A stretch of 64,000 nt of DNA from NCBI GenBank assembly GCA_024234215.1, contig JACKOQ010000005.1, positions 121,452 to 185,451 on the forward strand, read 5' to 3'. Positions within the stretch are counted from its first letter, which is position 1; every line of letters begins with the position of its first letter. The position numbers and the translations under genes are program-made. The notes under the pieces were generated by a model that saw nothing but the letters and a program-made list of their open reading frames with translations, was not told the origin of the DNA and ran no database searches. The stretch comes from Pseudomonadales bacterium. GTDB lineage: Bacteria > Pseudomonadota > Gammaproteobacteria > Pseudomonadales > UBA5862. This document shows, piece after piece, positions 56,774 through 64,000 of the stretch.

Positions 56774-57709
56774 CTATGGCCTGAGCGCGCCACCGCGCTG
56801 CCGTGCCAGCGGGTCGACGGCTGCCACCATCAGCGCGCTGGGCAGTGCGGCGTCGCGCTCGATGGTCTGCAACCGGTGGTCGACCACGCTCGGCAGGATG
56901 GCCTGAATGTCTTCAGGCAGCAGATAGTCGCGTCCGGCCAGCAACGCCCAGGCGCGGGCGCTCTCCATCATGGCCTGGGCACCACGGGGCGACAGACCAT
57001 TGACGAAATGGCCGGCATTGCGGCTGAAGGCGATCAGCGCCTGCACATAGTCCAGCAACGCATCACTGGCCTTGATCTGCCGCACCGCCTGACGCAATCG
57101 CAACAGGGTCGTCGCATCACCGAGTGGGGCCAGATGTTCCAGAAGCTGGCGCGGCATCTCGCCGGCCAGCATCCGGCGCTCGACCGCCGGGTGGGGATAG
57201 CCGATGTCGATGCGCATCAGGAAGCGGTCGAGCTGTGACTCCGGCAGGGCAAAGGTGCCAAGCTGGGTCACCGGATTCTGGGTGGCGATGACGAAGAACG
57301 GCTGCGGCAGCGGGTGACTCACACCATCGACGGTGGCCTGCTGCTCCTCCATCGCTTCGAGCAGCGCGCTCTGGGTCTTGGGTGTGGCGCGGTTGATCTC
57401 ATCGGCCAGAACCAGCTGGGCAAACAGCGGACCCGGACGAAAGTTGAACTGCTGCGTCTGCGGCGAGAACAGCGAAACGCCCAGGATGTCCGCCGGCAAC
57501 AGGTCACTGGTGAACTGGATGCGGGAGAACTCCAGCCCCAGCACCCGTGCCAGCGTCTGCGCCAGCGTGGTCTTGCCCATGCCGGGCAGATCCTCGATCA
57601 GCAGATGACCACCGGCGATCAGGCAGCCCAGTGCCAGACGCACCTGCCGCTCCTTGCCCAGCACCACCCGGCCGACCTCAGCGATGATCTGTTCCACCAA
57701 CTTCTGCAT
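56774..57709 (-). CDS. MoxR-family AAA+ ATPase
   Basis: HLLIEDLPGMGKTTLA Walker A, VLADEINRA Walker B, ..ATQNP... Confidence 0.9.
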   Translation of the reverse strand: MQKLVEQIIAEVGRVVLGKERQVRLALGCLIAGGHLLIEDLPGMGKTTLAQTLARVLGLEFSRIQFTSDLLPADILGVSLFSPQTQQFNFRPGPLFAQLVLADEINRATPKTQSALLEAMEEQQATVDGVSHPLPQPFFVIATQNPVTQLGTFALPESQLDRFLMRIDIGYPHPAVERRMLAGEMPRQLLEHLAPLGDATTLLRLRQAVRQIKASDALLDYVQALIAFSRNAGHFVNGLSPRGAQAMMESARAWALLAGRDYLLPEDIQAILPSVVDHRLQTIERDAALPSALMVAAVDPLARQRGGALRP

Positions 57710-57761
57710 GGTCGGACTGACTCCGGATCAGGACAGCGGAATGGGCGCGGTGGAGCGGTGG

Positions 57762-58976
57762 TCAGAGTGCGGCCAGGCCCCGCGCCAGATCGTCCTGCAG
57801 ATCCTCGACCGCCTCCAGGCCGACCGCCAGACGGATCAGGTTGTCGCCAATGCCGGCGTTGGTGCGCTCCTCGGCACTCAGCCGCCCATGGGTGGTGGTG
57901 GCCGGGTGAATGATGGTGCTCTTGGCATCGCCGAGGTTGGCGGTGAGCGAGAAGATGCGGGTGGCATCGATGAAGCGCCACGCAGCCGCGCGGTCACCAC
58001 TGACCGAAAAGGAGAAGACCCCGCCGAATCCGCGCTGCTGACGCAGCGCCAGCTGATGCTGCGGATGGGTCGGCAGACCACAGTGATAGACCTGCTCGAT
58101 GCCGGGCTGGCTTTGCAGCCAGCGCGCCAGCGTCAGCGCGTTGGCACTGTGGGCATCCATGCGCAACCGCAGTGTCTCCAGACCCTTGAGAAAGACCCAG
58201 GCATTGAAGGGGCTCATGGTCGGTCCGGCAGTGCGCAGAAAGGCCACCACCTCGCTCATCACCGAGGCAGGACCGGCCACCACGCCGCCCACGCAACGCC
58301 CCTGACCATCCAGATATTTGGTGGCCGAATGCACCACGTAATCGGCGCCCAGTTCGAGCGGCCGTTGCAGTGCCGGAGAGCAGAAGCAGTTGTCCACCAC
58401 CAGCTTGGCGCCGATCTGGCGTGCCAGCGTCGACAGCGCGGCCAGATCGGCCACCTCGCAGAGCGGGTTGGAGGGGGTTTCGAGAAACAGCAGCCGGGTG
58501 TTGGGCCGCACCGCCGCGCGCCAATCGTCGAGGTGGGTCAGGTGCACGAAGGTGGTCTCGACGCCGAACTTGCGCAGATAGCGGTTGAACAGCCCGACCG
58601 TGGTGCCGAACACGCTGGCCGAACAGATGACATGGTCACCGGCCTGCAACAGCGCCATCATCAGGCTCAGAATGGCCGCCATGCCAGAGGCCGTGCCGAC
58701 CGCCTGCTCGGCTCCCTCCAGTGCCGCCAGCCGCTCCTCGAACATCCGCACCGTGGGATTGGTGTAGCGCGAATAGACGTTGCCAGGGGTGATGCCAGCA
58801 AAACGCTCCGCCGCATTTGAAGCGTTTTCAAAAAGATAGCTTGAAGTGGTGAAGATCGGCTCACCATGCTCGCCTTCGGCGGTGCGGGTCTGGCCCGCGC
58901 GCACCGCCAAGGTGTCGAAGCGGGTGCTCTCCAGTTGCACCGGGCCCTCGGCGCGTGAATGCAATTCATCGTTCAT
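57762..58976 (-). CDS. metZ: O-succinylhomoserine sulfhydrylase
   Basis: Cys/Met-metabolism PLP enzyme (..YSRYTNPT.., ..HSATKYLDGQGR..). Lies next to purF, as in pseudomonads. Confidence 0.85.
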   Translation of the reverse strand: MNDELHSRAEGPVQLESTRFDTLAVRAGQTRTAEGEHGEPIFTTSSYLFENASNAAERFAGITPGNVYSRYTNPTVRMFEERLAALEGAEQAVGTASGMAAILSLMMALLQAGDHVICSASVFGTTVGLFNRYLRKFGVETTFVHLTHLDDWRAAVRPNTRLLFLETPSNPLCEVADLAALSTLARQIGAKLVVDNCFCSPALQRPLELGADYVVHSATKYLDGQGRCVGGVVAGPASVMSEVVAFLRTAGPTMSPFNAWVFLKGLETLRLRMDAHSANALTLARWLQSQPGIEQVYHCGLPTHPQHQLALRQQRGFGGVFSFSVSGDRAAAWRFIDATRIFSLTANLGDAKSTIIHPATTTHGRLSAEERTNAGIGDNLIRLAVGLEAVEDLQDDLARGLAAL

Positions 58977-59017
58977 CGTGTCGGTTCCTGCTGGATCTGA
59001 TCATGGTCGCATCGCCT

Positions 59018-60532
59018 TTACATCATTCTATCACCATAGGCCTGGCCGTTGGCCAATTCCGCCTCCATCCGGGCCTTCATGGCGTCGTTGCGGGTGGCCT
59101 GGATGCGGGCGAGATAGAGCTCATCGACATCGTCGGTCACATAGTTGCCGGTGAAGACCGCACACTCGAAGGTGTTGATCTTCGGATTGCCCTCTTCGGC
59201 GCAGGCGATCAGATCTTTCAGATCCTGATAGATCAACCGGTCGGCACCGATCAACCGCTGCACCTCGGCTTCGCTGCGGCCATGGGCAATCAGCTCGGTG
59301 GCGGCGGGCATGTCGATGCCATAGACATTGGGGTAGCGCACCGGCGGCGAGGCCGAGGCGAAATAGACCTTCCGCGCGCCGGCATCGCGTGCCATCTGCA
59401 CGATCTGCTGGCAGGTGGTGCCACGCACGATGGAGTCATCGACCAGCAGCACATTCTTGCCGCGGAACTCCAGATCGATGGCGTTGAGTTTCTGCCTGAC
59501 CGATTTCTTGCGCTGGCTCTGCCCCGGCATGATGAAGGTGCGACCGATGTAGCGGTTCTTGACGAACCCCTCGCGGAACTTGACGCCCAGGCGGTTGGCC
59601 AGCGGCAGCGCCGAAGTGCGGCTGGTGTCTGGAATCGGAATCACCACGTCGATGTCATGGTCGGGCCAGCTGCGCAGAATCTTTTCAGCCAGCTTCTCAC
59701 CCATCCGCAGCCGTGCCTTGTAGACCGAGATGCCATCGATGATCGAATCGGGCCGGGCAAAGTAGACATGCTCGAAGATGCAGGGGCTGTAGTGGGTCTG
59801 GGTCGCACAGAGCTGACTGTGCAGTTCGCCATGCAGATCGATGAAGACCGCCTCGCCGGGCAGCACGTCGCGCAACAGCTTGAAGTCGAGCGCGTCGAGG
59901 GCGACGCTCTCGGAGGCGATCATGTGTTCGACCCCCTGCTCGGTCTCGCGCCGTCCCACCACCAGCGGCCGAATGCCGTTGGGGTCGCGAAAGCCGAGCA
60001 CACCATGCCCCATCACCAGCGCCACCACGGCGAACCCCCCGCGACAGCGCCGCTGCACGCCGGCCACGGCACGAAAGAACACCTCGGGCGTCGGCGTGTG
60101 GGTGGCATGGGCCTGCAACTCATGGGCGAGCACATTGAGCAGCACCTCGGAGTCGGAATCGGTGTTGACGTGGCGCAGATCGTCCCGATAGAGCTCCTGA
60201 CTCAGTTTGGCCGTGTTGGTCAGGTTGCCGTTGTGCGCCAGGCTGATGCCGTAGGGCGAGTTGACGTAGAACGGCTGCGCCAGCGCCACACTGGAGCTCC
60301 CCGCCGTGGGATAGCGGACATGACCGATGCCGACGTTGCCCAGCAGCATCTGCATGTCGCGCTCCTGGAACACATCACGCACCAGGCCATTGCCCTTGCG
60401 CAGGTGCATCCGGCCATCGGCGCTGGTCATGATGCCCGCTGCATCCTGACCACGGTGTTGCAGCACCGTCAGGGCATCGTAGAGCCCCTGGTTTACGTTG
60501 CTGTGTGCAACCATGCCAACTACGCCGCACAT
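59018..60532 (-). CDS. purF: amidophosphoribosyltransferase
   Basis: MCGVVGMV N-terminal nucleophile Cys and a PRPP-binding motif ([13 protein letters not shown]). Confidence 0.95.
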   Translation of the reverse strand: MCGVVGMVAHSNVNQGLYDALTVLQHRGQDAAGIMTSADGRMHLRKGNGLVRDVFQERDMQMLLGNVGIGHVRYPTAGSSSVALAQPFYVNSPYGISLAHNGNLTNTAKLSQELYRDDLRHVNTDSDSEVLLNVLAHELQAHATHTPTPEVFFRAVAGVQRRCRGGFAVVALVMGHGVLGFRDPNGIRPLVVGRRETEQGVEHMIASESVALDALDFKLLRDVLPGEAVFIDLHGELHSQLCATQTHYSPCIFEHVYFARPDSIIDGISVYKARLRMGEKLAEKILRSWPDHDIDVVIPIPDTSRTSALPLANRLGVKFREGFVKNRYIGRTFIMPGQSQRKKSVRQKLNAIDLEFRGKNVLLVDDSIVRGTTCQQIVQMARDAGARKVYFASASPPVRYPNVYGIDMPAATELIAHGRSEAEVQRLIGADRLIYQDLKDLIACAEEGNPKINTFECAVFTGNYVTDDVDELYLARIQATRNDAMKARMEAELANGQAYGDRMM

Positions 60533-60612
60533 AGGACACCTCGGTCGTCGCCATCAGAGTTGAAGTTTGCTGTCGCTCGAACAGCCGTGTCGTCACGATC
60601 CATTCGGGTCGT

Positions 60613-61119
60613 TCAGCCGGTTGCGGCCGTTATCGTCCCTGTCACCAGGGGCAGCAGCGTATGACGCCCCCAATCGGCGAGCAACAGCAGATGGGGAAGC
60701 AGCCGGGAGCTGTGCCATGACTCGCTTGAGGTCGCTGGCGTCTGCTCGATGGCTGCCACCAGCAATACCACGATGATCAACCCGCGCACGACACCAAAGG
60801 CCATGCCCAACAGGCGATCGAACATACCCAATCCGCTGACCCGCAGCAAATGTCCCAGCAGGCGTCCCAGGATGCCACCCATCACCAGCACACCAAAGAA
60901 CAGCAGCGCGAAGGCCGCGACGGTGCGCAGTGGCGCGGAGGCGATCCATCCGGCCAGCAGCAGCTCCATCTGCCCCGAAAAGAGCCGGGCGACCACCACG
61001 GCCACCAGCAGGGAGAGCAGCGAGACGGCCTCGCGCATGAAGCCACGGGTCAGGCTGAGCAGCGCGGAGAGAGTGATCACACCCAGGATTGTCCAATCGA
61101 TCCAGACCAGGGCGCTCAT
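60613..61119 (-). CDS. cvpA: colicin V production protein CvpA
   Basis: 168-aa multi-pass membrane protein (WIDWTILGVITLSALLSLTRGF) upstream of purF. Confidence 0.9.
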   Translation of the reverse strand: MSALVWIDWTILGVITLSALLSLTRGFMREAVSLLSLLVAVVVARLFSGQMELLLAGWIASAPLRTVAAFALLFFGVLVMGGILGRLLGHLLRVSGLGMFDRLLGMAFGVVRGLIIVVLLVAAIEQTPATSSESWHSSRLLPHLLLLADWGRHTLLPLVTGTITAATG

Positions 61120-61195
61120 CGATCATCCTCAGTCAGATCAGGGTGGCCGGCAGCAGCGAAGGCCATCCACTGCCACCGGACGCGCGCCAGCGCCG

Positions 61196-62638
61196 TCAAT
61201 TCGACCCGGCTGGCAGAGTGATATAGGAGATGCCCGCCATGTGTTGCAGCACCCGCACCACCTGACAACTGTAACCGAACTCGTTGTCATACCAGACATA
61301 GAGCACACAGTGGTTGCCGCTGACGATCGTGGCCTTGGCATCGACCACACCGGCATGACGTGAACCGATGAAGTCGGTCGACACCACCTCCGATGAGTCG
61401 ACATAGTCGATCTGCTTGCGCAGCGAAGAGTTGAGCGCGGCATCGTGCAACAGTGCGTTCACCGCTTCGACCGAACTCTCCTTGGCCAGGTTGAGGTTGA
61501 TGACCGCCAGCGAGACGTTGGGCGTCGGCACGCGGATGGCGTTGCCGGTCAGCTTGCCGGCCAGCTCCGGCAATGCCTTGGCCACCGCCTTGGCGGCACC
61601 GGTTTCAGTGATCACCATGTTGACCGGCGCGCTGCGTCCACGGCGGCTGCCGCTGTGGTAGTTGTCGAGCAGATTCTGGTCGTTGGTGTAGGAGTGGACC
61701 GTCTCGATGTGACCACTTTCGACACCGAAGTTGTCGTTCATCACCTTCAGCACCGGCACGATCGCATTGGTGGTGCAGGAGGCGGCGGAGACGATCTGCT
61801 CCTTGCCGATCACATCCTGATTGATGCCAAAGACGACATTCTTGATCTCGCCCTTGCCGGGTGCCGTCAGCAGCACGCGGCCAACCCCGGGGCATTTGAG
61901 ATGTTGCGACAGCCCCTCCTGGTCACGCCAGATACCGGTGTTGTCGACGACGATCGCGTTGCTAATGCCATAGGAAGCATAATCGACCTCGGCCGGCGAG
62001 CTGGCGTAGATCACCTGAATGAAGTTGCCGTTGACCAGCAGGCCACTGTTCTTTTCGTCGGGGACGATGCTGCCATTGAAAGGACCATGGATCGAATCAC
62101 GGCGCAACAGGCTGGCGCGCTTCTCCAGATCGCCGCCCTTGCCCTTGCGCACCACGATCGCCCGCAACCGCAGCAGATCGCCACCGCCTGCCTTTTCGAT
62201 CAGCAGCCTGGCCAGCAGTCGACCGATGCGACCAAAACCATAGAGCACCACATCCTGTGGCTGCGGAATCGGTGGCGCATTGCGCCCGATGATCGGTGCC
62301 ATCTCGCGCCGTACGAACTGCTCCACCGGTTCGCTGCCGTTGTATTTGTCCAGCAGACGACCCAGGTCGATGCGGGCCGGGCCAAGGTCCAGCTCGGTCA
62401 GGACCTTCAGGATCGGAAAACTGTCGGCCACCGACAACGGGTTGCTGGTCACCCGCCGGGCAAAACGGTGCAGGCGCAAGACATCGATCACCGTCTTGTT
62501 GACCAGCGCCCGTCCATAGATCGACAGCACGATGTTGTTCTCGCGGTAGAGCCGGCCAATCAACGGAATCATCGCCTCGGCAATGGCCTCGCTGTTTTTC
62601 CATTCATCGAAGAGCGCTTCATGTTGGGGATTGATCAC
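61196..62638 (-). CDS. gap: glyceraldehyde-3-phosphate dehydrogenase (long form, about 480 aa)
   Basis: GTG start at 62638. YGFGRIGRLL Rossmann motif and catalytic SCTTN. Confidence 0.85.
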   Translation of the reverse strand: MINPQHEALFDEWKNSEAIAEAMIPLIGRLYRENNIVLSIYGRALVNKTVIDVLRLHRFARRVTSNPLSVADSFPILKVLTELDLGPARIDLGRLLDKYNGSEPVEQFVRREMAPIIGRNAPPIPQPQDVVLYGFGRIGRLLARLLIEKAGGGDLLRLRAIVVRKGKGGDLEKRASLLRRDSIHGPFNGSIVPDEKNSGLLVNGNFIQVIYASSPAEVDYASYGISNAIVVDNTGIWRDQEGLSQHLKCPGVGRVLLTAPGKGEIKNVVFGINQDVIGKEQIVSAASCTTNAIVPVLKVMNDNFGVESGHIETVHSYTNDQNLLDNYHSGSRRGRSAPVNMVITETGAAKAVAKALPELAGKLTGNAIRVPTPNVSLAVINLNLAKESSVEAVNALLHDAALNSSLRKQIDYVDSSEVVSTDFIGSRHAGVVDAKATIVSGNHCVLYVWYDNEFGYSCQVVRVLQHMAGISYITLPAGSN

Positions 62639-62974
62639 GGACGGACACCTGTTGGATGAAAATTGGGTTGGCACATCGCCACCTGGCTTGGCGACGCTGT
62701 CTGATTCGATCACGGCGGCGGCACAAAATTCCGTCCACCACACTCATTACCAGCATAGCCGGCAATTATCTTTGATCGACACCGACAGAGGCAATCCACA
62801 GCCTTGCAACCGGTCCAGGACACTCTCCCCTTGCTTAACAAAAATCGGGTGGTGCTTTACACTGAAAAACGGTGTTTACCCTGCAAAGAGCGCTTTGAAT
62901 CATGCGCCACCCGTTCGCCTTCCACAGCCAAAATTGCCCATCAAATCTGAAATCATCTCAAGAGGTCTTCACAG

Positions 62975-64000
62975 GTGCTTGAATCCTACAGAAAACATGT
63001 CGAAGAGCGTGCGGCCGAAGGTGTCCCTCCAAAACCCCTGGATGCGCAACAGGTTGCCGCGCTGGTCGAACTGATGAAGTCGCCACCGCCGGGCGAAGGC
63101 GATTTTCTGCTGGAACTGCTCAGCCAACGGGTGCCACCCGGCGTCGATGAGGCTGCCTACGTCAAGGCCGGTTTTCTGGCAGCCATCGCCAAGGGCGAAA
63201 CCAGCTCGCCGCTGATTGAGCCGGTGAAGGCGGTCGAGCTGCTCGGCACCATGCTGGGTGGCTACAACGTCGAGCCACTGATCCAGCTGCTCGATGATGC
63301 CAGGCTGGGGCCCACTGCGGCCAAGGCACTCTCTCACACCCTGCTGATCTTCGACTCGCTGCACGATGTGCTCGAAAAAGCCCGTGCCGGCAATGCCAAT
63401 GCCCGCCAGGTGGTCGACAGCTGGGCCGCCGCTGACTGGTTCACTGCCCGTCCTGAGCTGGCACACAAGCTCACCATGACCGTTTTCAAGGTCGATGGCG
63501 AGACCAACACCGATGACCTCTCGCCGGCAGGCGATGCCTGGAGCCGTCCGGACATCCCGCTGCACGCCAAGGCGATGCTGGTCAAAAGAATGGAGAACCC
63601 GCTCGGCAAGATCGAGGAGCTGAAGCAGAAAGGCCATCCGCTGGTCTATGTCGGCGATGTGGTCGGCACTGGCTCCTCGCGCAAGTCGGCCACCAACTCG
63701 GTGCTGTGGCTGATGGGCAATGACATTCCCCATGTACCCAACAAGCGCGGCGGTGGCGTCTGCATCGGCGGCAAGATCGCCCCGATCTTTTTCAACACCA
63801 TGGAAGATGCCGGCGCCCTGCCCTTCGAGTGCGATGTGACCGGTCTGAAGATGGGTGATGTGATCGACATCCATCCCTATGAAGGAGTGATCAAGGCCCA
63901 TGACAGCGACAGGGTGATCACCCGTTTTGCGCTGAAGTCAGAGGTGCTGCTCGACGAAGTGCGTGCCGGAGGCAGAATCCCGCTGATCATCGGCCGCGGC
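62975..64000 (+). CDS. acnB: aconitate hydratase B (5' part, continues beyond the window)
   Basis: Own translation from GTG 62975: VLESYRKHVEERAAEGVPPKPLDAQQVAALVELMKSPPPGEGDFLLELLSQRVPPGVDEAAYVKAGFLAAIAKGE, which closely resembles the E. coli AcnB N-terminus. Not in the ORF track because it has no stop in the window. Confidence 0.9.
   Translation, partial: MLESYRKHVEERAAEGVPPKPLDAQQVAALVELMKSPPPGEGDFLLELLSQRVPPGVDEAAYVKAGFLAAIAKGETSSPLIEPVKAVELLGTMLGGYNVEPLIQLLDDARLGPTAAKALSHTLLIFDSLHDVLEKARAGNANARQVVDSWAAADWFTARPELAHKLTMTVFKVDGETNTDDLSPAGDAWSRPDIPLHAKAMLVKRMENPLGKIEELKQKGHPLVYVGDVVGTGSSRKSATNSVLWLMGNDIPHVPNKRGGGVCIGGKIAPIFFNTMEDAGALPFECDVTGLKMGDVIDIHPYEGVIKAHDSDRVITRFALKSEVLLDEVRAGGRIPLIIGRG

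Overview
High-GC proteobacterial chromosome segment; the gene order lepA-lepB-rnc-era-recO-pdxJ-acpS and cvpA-purF-metZ looks gammaproteobacterial. No database search was possible, so all calls rest on motifs I recognise in the ORF translations and on patterns read directly from the DNA. Most of the window is housekeeping. (1) 0.06-14.9 kb is a complete assimilatory nitrate/nitrite cluster: nasT, nasS, nrtA, nrtB, a fused double ABC ATPase, nirBD, a flavoprotein, nasA and a porin. Its leader appears to carry an NtrC site, a sigma-54 promoter, an ANTAR dual-hexaloop target and a terminator. (2) speD, recJ, thrC and hom follow. (3) 26-48.8 kb holds core genes: ubiG, gph, a CoxMSL-type molybdoenzyme, acpS-pdxJ-recO-era-rnc-lepB-lepA, gloA, argG, a methionine-salvage cluster, lysC and csrA. 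(4) 54-64 kb holds a nitroreductase, moxR-DUF58, metZ, purF, cvpA, gap and the start of acnB. The unusual content is a chromosomal integron present as two separate pieces. An intact intI with attI and an array of about 6 cassettes lies at 49.2-53.7 kb, bracketed by two convergent tRNA-Ser genes. A second attI with only the first 40 codons of intI (209/212 nt identical to the intact copy) and its own 5-cassette array lies at 21.3-25.8 kb. About 23 kb of essential genes separate the two pieces. An 88-bp palindromic MITE-like element and solo copies of its terminal repeat sit at three of the four array boundaries. Further copies lie inside array B, where they truncate one cassette gene. The cassettes are AT-richer than the core. 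They encode candidate single-gene anti-phage or nuclease functions (TIR-like PF10137-type, AbiTii-like, PD-(D/E)XK-like, YozE-HNH fusion), a vapBC pair, several small envelope-targeted proteins and one ORF-less cassette.
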